This document shows positions 9,747 to 18,702 of a DNA stretch of 24,000 nucleotides, one piece after another. The stretch comes from Haloplasmataceae bacterium. Its GTDB lineage: Bacteria > Bacillota_I > Bacilli_A > Haloplasmatales > Haloplasmataceae. Numbering within the stretch: the stretch's first letter is position 1; each line of letters starts with the position of its first letter. The DNA lies in the NCBI GenBank assembly GCA_029240795.1, contig JARDZP010000016.1, positions 6,516 to 30,515 on the forward strand. The letters run 5' to 3'. The translations under genes were made by a program, and so were the position numbers. The notes under the pieces are model-generated. The model did not search any database. It was not told the origin of the DNA and saw only the letters and a list, made by a program, of their open reading frames with translations.

Positions 9747-10376
9747 ATGGCAGTAAACATTTTTTATTTAATTATTTGTTATTTAATTGGTTCGATTCCA
9801 TCTGGACTAATTATCGGAAAATCATTTAAAAACATTGATATACGTGAATTTGGTAGTGGAAACCTTGGTGGAACTAATGCGATTAGAGTACTAGGGAAAA
9901 AATTAGGCGGATTAGTTGCTATTATGGATGTATTAAAAGGCGGAATTTGTGTTTTATTAGCAAATAAAGTCTTTAACACAAACGATATTCCAGCAATCTT
10001 CTTTGGATTGATGGCAGTAATTGGACATGTGATCCCGATCTTCGCTGGATTCCGTGGTGGTAAAGCCGTCGCTACGAGCGGTGGAGTATTATTATTTTCT
10101 TCATGGCCTATCTTCTTAATTGGGATAATTACTTTCATTATTACTTTAAAAATTACAAAATATGTTTCAGTATCCTCAACTTTTGTTGCTTTTGTAATCT
10201 TTATTACAACACTGATCGCATATTTTAATCCTAACCTATTTTTTAAATATTTTAATGTTGATGAGTTTATGGTAATAACGATATTCATATTAATGATGTT
10301 TATAATTCTAAGACATATACCCAATTATAAACGTTTATTAAAAGGAAATGAAAGAAAAATCGGTCAAAAAAAATAA
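9747..10376 (+). CDS. plsY: Acyl-phosphate glycerol-3-phosphate acyltransferase PlsY
   Basis: NIFYLIICYLIGSIPSGLIIGKSFKNIDIREFGSGNLGGTNAIRVLGKKLG, GHVIPIFAGFRGGKAVATSGG are PlsY signatures. Start ATG 9747 preferred because the track start (9735) lies inside the AAGGTGGTG Shine-Dalgarno. Confidence 0.93.
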   Translation: MAVNIFYLIICYLIGSIPSGLIIGKSFKNIDIREFGSGNLGGTNAIRVLGKKLGGLVAIMDVLKGGICVLLANKVFNTNDIPAIFFGLMAVIGHVIPIFAGFRGGKAVATSGGVLLFSSWPIFLIGIITFIITLKITKYVSVSSTFVAFVIFITTLIAYFNPNLFFKYFNVDEFMVITIFILMMFIILRHIPNYKRLLKGNERKIGQKK

Positions 10377-10392
10377 ATATATAAACATATTT

Positions 10393-10421
10393 AAACTTTA
10401 TCAATTGATAAAGTTTTTTTT
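10393..10421 (+). terminator. Rho-independent terminator after plsY
   Basis: AAACTTTATC-AATT-GATAAAGTTT hairpin followed by TTTTT. Confidence 0.7.
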
Positions 10422-10508
10422 ATTATAAAAAACTAAACGAATGTAATGGTGCTTTTTTTTTAGGTATGCATACAATAAAACGGATGAAAAACGAAAGGAG
10501 GCTATATT

Positions 10509-10613
10509 ATGGAAGCTACTGGTGCTAATGGATATGGTGGTTTTGCATTTATCTTAGTATTATTTATTTTATTAGTAATTATCGGATGTGCATGTACAGG
10601 TTTTTTCTGCTAA
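10509..10613 (+). CDS. YjcZ-like tiny hydrophobic (sporulation-associated family) peptide, 34 aa
   Basis: Not in ORF track. MEATGANGYGGFAFILVLFILLVIIGCACTGFFC*, with strong SD AAAGGAGG (10494-10501) 7 nt before ATG. Resembles the YGGGFALIVVLFILLIIVG motif of YjcZ/tiny-TM Bacillus proteins. Confidence 0.8.
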   Translation: MEATGANGYGGFAFILVLFILLVIIGCACTGFFC

Positions 10614-10732
10614 AAAAGATTAAGTAATATACTCCATAAAATGATGTTAATATAAATTTAGACTATTGTATGAGTCACAAATGGTATAAAAACATATAAT
10701 AAATTGAAATCTTTAGGAAAGGGGGCCTACTT

Positions 10733-10822
10733 ATGGGTAATACAGGGGGATCTGGTTTCGCATTTATTTTAGTTTTATTTATCTTATTAGCGATTATAGG
10801 TTGCGCATGTTGGTGTAATTAA
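10733..10822 (+). CDS. YjcZ-like tiny hydrophobic peptide, 29 aa (second copy)
   Basis: Not in ORF track. MGNTGGSGFAFILVLFILLAIIGCACWCN*, SD-like GGAAAGGGGG upstream; shares GFAFILVLFILL-IIGCAC with the neighbouring peptide. Confidence 0.78.
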   Translation: MGNTGGSGFAFILVLFILLAIIGCACWCN

Positions 10823-10857
10823 TACTAATAAATAGGCTCAACATCGTATTAAAAAAT

Positions 10858-10892
10858 AAAAAGTATATGACTTCACGCCATATACTTTTTTT
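10858..10892. terminator. Bidirectional rho-independent terminator between convergent genes
   Basis: AAAAGTATATG-ACTTCACGC-CATATACTTTT with A tract before and TTTT after; lies between the YjcZ-like gene (+) and lipoprotein gene (-). Confidence 0.8.
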
Positions 10893-10894
10893 GC

Positions 10895-11587
10895 TTAGAT
10901 GTCAGTATAATCAACGATTGTATATCCTGCTGCTTCTGTTGGTATAGTAAGGATTGTTTTATCAATATTTGTTGTTTTTAGGTCCAATATTTCCATCGTA
11001 AATTTCTCTTCGCTATCTTCATATTCAACTTTTATAACATATTCATTAGCATTTATATAATATTTATAAGTTATGCCTAGGTAATTATATTCATAACAAG
11101 TGGTCTTGATATTACCAACCATCACATTTTCAGTTTTCTTTTCAAATTCATAATATGAATTAAAATCAGTTAAAAATGTAAAGTCTGGTGACGTATCTTC
11201 ATATGTTTCATCAAGTACCATTTTTATGGCTGATTTTTCACCGTCAATAATGGTGATCATGTAATAAATTGTTTCAGAAACTAAGAAAATTGTTTCATCT
11301 TCTTCAAAGACCATACTAAATGCATTATTTACTCCACTTTTGGCGAATTTGTAAGTAAAGGTTTCTGTTGTATTGTCAGCTTTAGTTGTTGTTTTGAATA
11401 ATATTTTATAACTATATTCATTGCTGCTTTCAATAACTTCAGCGAATTTGTTAATTTCTGGATCTTCATTATTAGGAATTGTTGTTACTAATGGATCAAC
11501 AGTAGTAATGACTTCACCTCCACAAGCTGTTAAGGTGGTCAAAAAGATAATCATAGCAATAAAAGATAATAATTTTGTAATATTCAA
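10895..11587 (-). CDS. Putative lipoprotein of unknown function
   Basis: 230 aa; signal peptide with lipobox MNITKLLSFIAMIIFLTTLTACGG. Confidence 0.75.
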   Translation of the reverse strand: MNITKLLSFIAMIIFLTTLTACGGEVITTVDPLVTTIPNNEDPEINKFAEVIESSNEYSYKILFKTTTKADNTTETFTYKFAKSGVNNAFSMVFEEDETIFLVSETIYYMITIIDGEKSAIKMVLDETYEDTSPDFTFLTDFNSYYEFEKKTENVMVGNIKTTCYEYNYLGITYKYYINANEYVIKVEYEDSEEKFTMEILDLKTTNIDKTILTIPTEAAGYTIVDYTDI

Positions 11588-11831
11588 AATATATTTCTCC
11601 CCTCTTAGGTCTATATGAATTATATAGACCTATAATTCATATTCATCTACACAATATGAATATGATCAAATTTTGTTACTTATTTAAAATTCATATACAT
11701 CCTCTTTGTCTATATATATATGACCATATCATTATATTACTATATAAAATATGAATTTAGAAGGATTTTGTTTCCAAATAAATAATTTTTTCACAAAAAA
11801 AAGAGAATGAAAAATTCATTCTCTTAATTTA

Positions 11832-12068
11832 TTATTTTTTTCCTACTTGATATTGTCCATTTATTGATTTCATAACTTGACGAACTTGTTTTTCAGAGGG
11901 TGTCCTACCCATTTGTGACATCATTGTTCTCACTATATCTTCAGTTATAGGTGGGTTATCTTTTAAGTATTTCATCATAAATTTTCTAGCTATTAAGAAA
12001 CCAAGTACAAGTCCACCTAATAAAGTAATAACCGCAATAACAATCGCTAACCATAATCTAATATCCAT
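11832..12068 (-). CDS. YneF-like (UPF0154) small membrane protein
   Basis: 78 aa; single N-terminal TM then ARKFMMKYLKDNPPITEDIVRTMMSQMGRTPSEKQVRQVMKSIN, characteristic of YneF family; SD AAGGAGG upstream. Confidence 0.88.
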   Translation of the reverse strand: MDIRLWLAIVIAVITLLGGLVLGFLIARKFMMKYLKDNPPITEDIVRTMMSQMGRTPSEKQVRQVMKSINGQYQVGKK

Positions 12069-12134
12069 GGTACTACCTCCTTGTATTATTTTATATTACA
12101 TAATTTTCTATAAAAAAGCAACGATATTATTTTA

Positions 12135-14114
12135 TTATTTTAATAATTCTTTAAATTCTTTTACAACATTATTTACAGTAAAGCCAAACTTTTCAATAAC
12201 AGCATTACCTTCACCAGATGCACCAAATGTGTCAATCGACATCACGTTACCATCTAGTCCTACATATTTATGCCAACCAAAACTTGAACCCATTTCAATC
12301 GAAAGTCTTGTACGAATATTTTTTGGAAGTACTGATTCTTTATAATCCAATTCATTCGCATCAAACAACTCCATTGAAACGATACTGACTACTCGAGTAT
12401 TGATATTTTCTTGTTCTAATTGTTTTTGCGCTGCGATTGCTAAACTGACTTCAGAACCACTAGCGATTAAGATACCATCCATTTTAGTGTTTTTACTTTC
12501 AGATACAATGTATCCACCTTTTTTCACTAATCCAGAATTAGCAGTCGTAACTGTAGGTAAATTTTGACGTGTTAATACGAGTACTGTAGGTTTATTAGTA
12601 GTTTCTAATGCTAGTTTATAACATGCAGCTGTTTCGTTTCCATCACATGGACGTAATACTTGAATATTGGGAATTGAACGAAGCATTGCTAATTGTTCAA
12701 TTGGTTCATGTGTTGGTCCATCTTCGCCTACGGCAACACTATCGTGTGTTAAGATATAAATGACCGGTAGTTTCATTATTGCAGCCATTCTTACCGCTGG
12801 TTTAAAATAATCACTGAAGACAAAGAAAGTTGAACAGAATACTCTTAAGCCACCATGTAATGCGATTCCGTTTGATATTGAGGCCATCGCAAACTCTCTA
12901 ACCCCAAAATAAATATTTCTACCGCTATAATTTGCTGGTGAAAAGGCATCAGCATTTTTAATTATCGCTTTTGTAGAACTAGTTAAGTCGGCAGCACCAC
13001 CTATTAAATTAGGGATTACATTAGCTACTTTATTTAAACATTCATAACTATAATTTCTTGTAGCGTCTTTCTTTTCTGGTCCATAAATTGGTAAAATATC
13101 TGCTAAATCTACGCCAACTTTATTATTTAAACTTCTCATTAACTCTAGATATTCATTTGGATATTTTACTTCATATTGTTTTAATGATTTTTGAAATTGT
13201 TCATGTTTATATGTACCACGATTAATAACCGTATCATTAAAATGTCTATAAACTTCTTGTGGCACGTTAAACTCTTCATGGTTCCATTCATAATGAGTTT
13301 TTGCTGCTTTTCCGCCCTCAACACCTAATGGAGCACCGTGGACTTTATTAGTTCCTTGATTAGGAGCACCATAACCAATTACAGTTCTAACCTCAATTAA
13401 TGAGGGTTTATCTAATTGGTTTTTAGCGTTATTTATTGCTTGGTTAATAGCTTGTACATCCGTTCCATCTTCAACTTTTTGGACATGCCAACCTATAGCT
13501 TCATACTTTTTAGTTGTCTTTTCACTAAATGATTGAGAAGTTTCACCATCTAGACTTATTTCATTTGAATCATATAATACAATTAACTTTCCTAGTTTAA
13601 GATGACCTGCAAGAGACGCTGCTTCATTTGTGACACCTTCCATTAAATCTCCGTCACCACAAAGTGCATAAGTGAAATGGTCAAATAACTTTATATCTTC
13701 TTTGTTATATTTTGTAGCTAAATATCTTTCAGCCATAGCCATCCCAATAGCCATAGGAATACCTTGCCCTAATGGACCTGTAGTTGCGTCTACGCCATCT
13801 GTGTGCCCATATTCGGGATGTCCTGGAGTCTTACTACCTAATTGACGAAAGCTCTTTAAATCATCGATAGTTACATTAAAACCAGATAAATGTAGTAAAC
13901 CATAAAGTAACATTGAACCATGTCCTGCTGCTAAAACAAATCGATCACGATTTACCCATTGGGGATCATGAGGATTAACATTTAAATGGTTTGTCCATAA
14001 TGTGTATGCCATTGGGGCTGCACCTAAGACAATGCCTGGGTGTCCGCTGTTTGCTTTATTAATTGCATCGATACCTAGTACTCGGATAGTATTAATTGAT
14101 AAATTACTAATCAT
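12135..14114 (-). CDS. tkt: Transketolase
   Basis: 659 aa; [71 protein letters not shown]; SD TAGGAGG upstream. Confidence 0.95.
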   Translation of the reverse strand: MISNLSINTIRVLGIDAINKANSGHPGIVLGAAPMAYTLWTNHLNVNPHDPQWVNRDRFVLAAGHGSMLLYGLLHLSGFNVTIDDLKSFRQLGSKTPGHPEYGHTDGVDATTGPLGQGIPMAIGMAMAERYLATKYNKEDIKLFDHFTYALCGDGDLMEGVTNEAASLAGHLKLGKLIVLYDSNEISLDGETSQSFSEKTTKKYEAIGWHVQKVEDGTDVQAINQAINNAKNQLDKPSLIEVRTVIGYGAPNQGTNKVHGAPLGVEGGKAAKTHYEWNHEEFNVPQEVYRHFNDTVINRGTYKHEQFQKSLKQYEVKYPNEYLELMRSLNNKVGVDLADILPIYGPEKKDATRNYSYECLNKVANVIPNLIGGAADLTSSTKAIIKNADAFSPANYSGRNIYFGVREFAMASISNGIALHGGLRVFCSTFFVFSDYFKPAVRMAAIMKLPVIYILTHDSVAVGEDGPTHEPIEQLAMLRSIPNIQVLRPCDGNETAACYKLALETTNKPTVLVLTRQNLPTVTTANSGLVKKGGYIVSESKNTKMDGILIASGSEVSLAIAAQKQLEQENINTRVVSIVSMELFDANELDYKESVLPKNIRTRLSIEMGSSFGWHKYVGLDGNVMSIDTFGASGEGNAVIEKFGFTVNNVVKEFKELLK

Positions 14115-14260
14115 TATAGTCCTCCTATTTTTATTCCTTTAAAAATTATAACTCATTTTTTGATTTTTTTAAACAAAATTAGCAAAAAATTAACAATAGA
14201 TATTCCAATTTATGAAATTTGTGCTAAAATATTAATATCAATGTGAAGGAGGAAATATCT

Positions 14261-14428
14261 ATGCCAAGAAGAATTACTGATAGTTGTATAGCATGCGGTT
14301 CTTGTGCTGCTGTTTGTCCAGTTGATTGTATCTCAGAGGGAGATATTTATGTTATTAACGAAAATGTATGTACTGATTGTGGAGCTTGTCAACAAGAATG
14401 CCCAGTTGATGCTATCATCGAAGCTTAA
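14261..14428 (+). CDS. 2[4Fe-4S] ferredoxin
   Basis: 55 aa MPRRITDSCIACGSCAAVCPVDCISEGDIYVINENVCTDCGACQQECPVDAIIEA; two CxxCxxCxxxCP motifs. ATG 14261 is preceded by GAAGGAGG; the track start (14243) is upstream of the SD. Confidence 0.93.
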   Translation: MPRRITDSCIACGSCAAVCPVDCISEGDIYVINENVCTDCGACQQECPVDAIIEA

Positions 14429-14445
14429 TACAAAATATTTTATTT

Positions 14446-14480
14446 AATAACTTCTATATTTTTATAGAAGTTATTTTTAT
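14446..14480 (+). terminator. Rho-independent terminator after ferredoxin
   Basis: AATAACTTCTATA-TTTT-TATAGAAGTTATT followed by TTTATT. Confidence 0.75.
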
Positions 14481-14543
14481 TTTTTAAAACAATTGTTTGC
14501 TTTTTAAATAAATTAATTATATAATATAAATGAGGTGATACTC

Positions 14544-15149
14544 ATGATAAAAATTTCTGAAAAACAACAAGAAATTTTAGATTTTATTAGTGAGTTTTTA
14601 AGTGAAAGAGGATACCCTCCTACTGTAAGAGAGATTGGAAAAGCTGTTGGTTTATCTTCAAGCGCTTCTGTTCACTCTCAACTTAATAAGCTAGAGAAAA
14701 AAGGGTTTATAAAGAAAGAACCCACGTCAAGTAGAGCAATCAGTATTGTTAAAGAAGATCAAACTGAATATATAAGTATTCCCGTTTTAGGGAAAGTTAC
14801 TGCAGGTAATCCTATTGAAGCAATTGAAAATTGTTCAGATTACTTCCAAATTCCTGCTAACTTAGTTAAAAGTAATGATGTTGTATTTATGCTGACTGTA
14901 TCAGGAAATAGTATGAAAAATGCTGGTATTTTAGATAATGACCGTATTATCGTTAAAAAAAGTGATACAGCTGATAATGGTGAAATTATCGTTGCTTTAA
15001 CTGATGAAAATGAAGCAACTGTAAAACGATTTTTTAAAGAATCAAATCATTTCCGTTTACAACCAGAAAATGAGGAGTTTGAACCTATTATTTTACCAAA
15101 TGTTAGTATAGTTGGTAAAGTAATTGGCTTATATCGTGAAATAATGTAA
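14544..15149 (+). CDS. lexA: LexA SOS repressor
   Basis: KISEKQQEILDFISEFLSERGYPPTVREIGKAVGLSSSASVHSQLNKLEKKGFI; cleavage region VLGKVTAGNP; catalytic Ser GNSMKNAGI and Lys ATVKRF. ATG 14544 preferred (track GTG at 14535 is in SD GAGGTG). Confidence 0.95.
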   Translation: MIKISEKQQEILDFISEFLSERGYPPTVREIGKAVGLSSSASVHSQLNKLEKKGFIKKEPTSSRAISIVKEDQTEYISIPVLGKVTAGNPIEAIENCSDYFQIPANLVKSNDVVFMLTVSGNSMKNAGILDNDRIIVKKSDTADNGEIIVALTDENEATVKRFFKESNHFRLQPENEEFEPIILPNVSIVGKVIGLYREIM

Positions 15150-15181
15150 GAAACTAAGAGCTAATTTTTATTAGCTCTTTT

Positions 15182-16009
15182 TTACATAAAATCTTCTTCA
15201 CTTAAAATCATTAAATTTTCATTGTATGCTTTTTCAAGAAATACACGCATATCATGTTTTCTTATAATATCTTCTACCAAATTTCTTACAAAGCGTCCAT
15301 TGTGTTTGAGAATAGGATTATTCCGATTTACCAAGTCATTTAAATAATTATTGAATTTTTTTTGTAATTCTTTTGTGCTATCAAATCCATTCAATTTTAT
15401 TGTATAACTAAATATTTGTTTTAATTCATTTAAATTGTAGTCTTCAAAAAATAACTTAATCGGAAATCGCGAATTCAGACCTTTGTTGTTATTTAACATG
15501 ACATCTATTTTTTCTTTATATCCTGCAAAAATGACGATGATATCTTCATGATGATCTTCAACAAACTTTAAGATGATGTCGATCGCTTCATTACCAAAAT
15601 CGGTATAATCTTCATTATATAGACTATAAGCTTCATCAATAAACAAAATCCCGCCTTTCGCTTCTTCTAAGATTTTTTTGGTTTTAATGGTAGTTTGACC
15701 TATATATTCACCAATTAAATCACTACGATCAATTTCAATTAAGTGACCTTTTTCTAAATATTTAATATCACTAAACATTTTAGCTACTAGTCTTGCAACT
15801 GTTGTCTTTCCAGTACCAGGATTTCCATAAAAGATCATATTTAGTGCTTGTTTTTTGTACTCAATATTTCTTTTTTTCTTTATTTCATTCACTTGTGTTA
15901 AAGCATATATTGCGAATATTTCTTTAATCACATTATCTAAACCAATTATATCTTTAAAGTATTTCTCCTTAAATAATAAATATTCATATGTGTTTGTTAT
16001 GTCTTTCAT
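15182..16009 (-). CDS. SpoVK/CbxX-CfqX-like AAA+ ATPase
   Basis: Walker A MIFYGNPGTGKTTVARLVAKM; Walker B GGILFIDEAYSLYN; NNGLNSRFPIKLFFEDY; GRFVRNLVEDIIRKHDMR. Start adjusted to ATG 16009 behind SD AGGTGA. Confidence 0.85.
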   Translation of the reverse strand: MKDITNTYEYLLFKEKYFKDIIGLDNVIKEIFAIYALTQVNEIKKKRNIEYKKQALNMIFYGNPGTGKTTVARLVAKMFSDIKYLEKGHLIEIDRSDLIGEYIGQTTIKTKKILEEAKGGILFIDEAYSLYNEDYTDFGNEAIDIILKFVEDHHEDIIVIFAGYKEKIDVMLNNNKGLNSRFPIKLFFEDYNLNELKQIFSYTIKLNGFDSTKELQKKFNNYLNDLVNRNNPILKHNGRFVRNLVEDIIRKHDMRVFLEKAYNENLMILSEEDFM

Positions 16010-16141
16010 AATAGTCACCTACATTACATTATATGCCTATTTTAAAAAAACGATAAACAATTATCACTTTTTATAAAAATGGGCATATAATACGAATTTA
16101 ATCATATAAAAAAATGAATAAAAATTTCATACATAAAAGGA

Positions 16142-16170
16142 TTGAAAGGATAACGGTTTCAGTTTATAAT
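16142..16170 (+). promoter_or_regulatory. Sigma-A-type promoter for the GH20 gene
   Basis: TTGAAA, 17-nt spacer, TATAAT (16165-16170), 32 nt upstream of ATG. Confidence 0.75.
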
Positions 16171-16201
16171 ATAGAATATAACGAACTAGGAGGGTAAAAA
16201 T

Positions 16202-18055
16202 ATGTATTTTATAGTGCCACAAGTTAAAAGTTTAGTACTTGCCGAAGGCAATTTTACATTAGATCAACTAGTAACAGTAGATTATGATGTAAGATTAGAA
16301 AATGTTTACGAGGAATTAAAAAAATTATTTACTGTTAACTTTACAAGTGAAAATCCAATTTTAACTTTTAATTTAAACAATGAACTTAAAGAAGAGGGAT
16401 ATCAGTTATATATAAATAATGACAAGATAGTCATTAGTTACAAAACAGAAAAAGGTGCGTTTTACGCAGTAAAAACATTAAAACAAATCATCAACCAAGT
16501 AACAAACAATAAAATTCGTAATTTAATAATTAATGATTATCCAACACTTAATACAAGAGGTTTCATGCTTGATATTAGTCGTGATAAAATACCGACAATG
16601 GAAAATTTATATGATTTTATAGATCAAATAAGTGATTTAAAATATAATCACTTTGAGTTATATGTTGAAGGATTCTCATTTGAATATGAAAGTTTCAAAA
16701 AGTATTCTGATGGTTTTACCCCTATAACTGTAAAAGAATATCAAGAATTAGAAAAATACTGTAATAGTAAGTCTATCGATATGGTTCCTAATCAAAATGG
16801 TTTTGGACACATGGCGTCATGGCTTGCTTATGAAGAATTTAACGATTTTGCTGAATGTCCTGATGGTTTTACTATTTGGGGTGGCAAGAGAGCTACTTCT
16901 ACCCTTAATCCACTTGATGAACGAAGTGCAGAACACGTAATGAAGATGTATGATGATATGTTACCCTATTCCCATTCAAAATATTTCAATATGAATTTTG
17001 ATGAACCATTTGAACTTGGACACGGAAGAAGCAAAGATGCATGTGACAGTCTTGGTGAAGGTAAAGTTTATATTGATTATATGAAAAAATTATATGATCA
17101 TATTAAAAAGTACAATAAAACACCATTAATTTGGGCAGATGTGTTAAATAAACATCTTAATTTAAAGGATGAAATTCCTAGTGATATGATTTTATTAGAC
17201 TGGGGTTATGACATGGATGCTCCATTTAGTAGAACATTAAAAAATATTGCTGATTCTAAATTAAAATTTATGGCATGTCCTGGAACATCTAGTTGGTGTT
17301 CTATCACCGGTAGAACGATGGATATGTTAGAAAACATTAAAAATGCCTCTTTATATACACACTTATATAAAGGTGAAGGCTTATTAGTTACTGATTGGGG
17401 AGATTGTGGTCATCTTCAATATTTACCATTCACCTATCCTGGTTTAATTTATGCCGCTATGCTTTCTTGGGGTAAAGAAGATGGTACTTCTAAAAATCTC
17501 AGCCAAGCATTAAATGTTATGTTAAAAGATAAAAATAAATTAATAGGTGATATTTTACTAGATTTAGGCCGCTACAATCAATATGAAGGTTCTTATACAT
17601 ATAATGGTACCAAAACATTTCATGCTCTTATCAACGCTATAAACGCTTGTAATGGGTATAATGGTGACCCATTAACTTATTATACAAATCGAATGAAACA
17701 AAATGTATTTACAGAAAATAATTATCAAACATTACTTGAATACTTTGATTTCATTCAAAAACGTATTGAGTTAGTTGATTTACAATGTGATGATCATGAA
17801 TTAGTCATAAACGAATTAAAACAAAGTATCTACATCTTAAAAACATTGTTAAAAGTAAACCAAATGTTGAGTGACCGCTTGACAAGAGAAGAAAAACTTG
17901 TTTTAACAAAAATCATTATCTCAGAATTAGATGTAACAGTTTTAAACCATAAAACACTTTGGTTACAACGTAACCGAATGGGTGGTTTAATAGAAAGTGT
18001 TAAAGTCATTGAGAATTTAATCACTATTGTTAAACTATATCAGGATTCATTATAA
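16202..18055 (+). CDS. Glycoside hydrolase family 20 beta-N-acetylhexosaminidase-like, predicted cytoplasmic
   Basis: 617 aa; LNTRGFMLDISRDKIPTMENLYDFIDQISDLKYNHFELYVEGFSFEY, VPNQNGFGHMASWL, KYFNMNFDEPFELGHGRS (Asp-Glu pair), no signal peptide; SD AGGAGGG upstream. Confidence 0.85.
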   Translation: MYFIVPQVKSLVLAEGNFTLDQLVTVDYDVRLENVYEELKKLFTVNFTSENPILTFNLNNELKEEGYQLYINNDKIVISYKTEKGAFYAVKTLKQIINQVTNNKIRNLIINDYPTLNTRGFMLDISRDKIPTMENLYDFIDQISDLKYNHFELYVEGFSFEYESFKKYSDGFTPITVKEYQELEKYCNSKSIDMVPNQNGFGHMASWLAYEEFNDFAECPDGFTIWGGKRATSTLNPLDERSAEHVMKMYDDMLPYSHSKYFNMNFDEPFELGHGRSKDACDSLGEGKVYIDYMKKLYDHIKKYNKTPLIWADVLNKHLNLKDEIPSDMILLDWGYDMDAPFSRTLKNIADSKLKFMACPGTSSWCSITGRTMDMLENIKNASLYTHLYKGEGLLVTDWGDCGHLQYLPFTYPGLIYAAMLSWGKEDGTSKNLSQALNVMLKDKNKLIGDILLDLGRYNQYEGSYTYNGTKTFHALINAINACNGYNGDPLTYYTNRMKQNVFTENNYQTLLEYFDFIQKRIELVDLQCDDHELVINELKQSIYILKTLLKVNQMLSDRLTREEKLVLTKIIISELDVTVLNHKTLWLQRNRMGGLIESVKVIENLITIVKLYQDSL

Positions 18056-18076
18056 CATCAGATAAACATTTATATT

Positions 18077-18120
18077 AAAGACAAAAAAAGAACTCGAATT
18101 TGAGTTCTTTTTTTGTCTTT
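18077..18120 (+). terminator. Rho-independent terminator after the GH20 gene
   Basis: Perfect 19-bp stem AAAGACAAAAAAAGAACTC-GAATTT-GAGTTCTTTTTTTGTCTTT. Confidence 0.85.
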
Positions 18121-18248
18121 ATTTTAGCTAAGTGAAATTTCTTAAATAGTTTTGTTACAATTTAAAAAATTCATTATAATCATATGAGATATTAACTTCA
18201 ATCTATATATTAAATTTTGTTAAATCGATTGAATGATATGATGTCAAA

Positions 18249-18563
18249 TTAAAGTGAAGTCATATCAAGAAGAACTAATCTATATTGACTAATCAACTCA
18301 ATATTATTAGGAATGCTTTTTATTATCCGATTCACTTCATCATAAAAAACAACGAAGCTTTCCATAAATAATATAATAGGTTCAATCTTATAAAACCCAC
18401 CTACTTCAAAGTCATATAAAGTTTCTGTATCATTATCTCCATAATAAGTTGTATTATTTTCATTAAGTGTAGGAATAGAAGTACGAATAGTTTTAGTACA
18501 TCCAGTAATCATAATTAAGAAAGATAAGAGCAAAAATATATAACTTAATCTCATAATTTTCAT
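18249..18563 (-). CDS. Small putative lipoprotein
   Basis: MKIMRLSYIFLLLSFLIMITGCTKTIRTS with lipobox ITGC; ATG 18563 preceded by GGGGGT; track start 18575 overlaps the SD. Confidence 0.55.
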   Translation of the reverse strand: MKIMRLSYIFLLLSFLIMITGCTKTIRTSIPTLNENNTTYYGDNDTETLYDFEVGGFYKIEPIILFMESFVVFYDEVNRIIKSIPNNIELISQYRLVLLDMTSL

Positions 18564-18670
18564 GTAAACCCCCAATATTTTCCAACATTATACTAAATAT
18601 TACTTTAATTGTTTTAATGTTCAATATTTTTAATTATCATTCTATTACATTATTATTCTAAATTAATATA

Positions 18671-18693
18671 AAAAAAGGAGTTTTTAACTCCTT
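18671..18693 (-). terminator. Rho-independent terminator after lepA
   Basis: Minus strand AAGGAGTT-AAA-AACTCCTT followed by TTTT. Confidence 0.75.
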
Positions 18694-18702
18694 AATTTTA
18701 TT

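Noticed and set aside
9779-10324. 181-aa minus-strand ORF opposite plsY
   Set aside because: Fully antisense to a confidently assigned plsY; no SD or recognisable motif; long shadow ORFs are expected from the codon bias of the sense gene.
11421-11618. 65-aa plus-strand ORF
   Set aside because: Antisense to the lipoprotein signal-peptide region.
12067-12345. 92-aa plus-strand ORF
   Set aside because: Mostly antisense to the 3' end of transketolase.
15855-16076. 73-aa plus-strand ORF
   Set aside because: Largely antisense to the 5' end of the SpoVK-like gene.
17830-18024. 64-aa minus-strand ORF
   Set aside because: Antisense to the GH20 gene.
18240-18275. Inverted repeat-like TGATATGA...TCATATCA near the end of the small lipoprotein gene
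   Set aside because: Short AT-only arms with a long loop; expected by chance in this composition.
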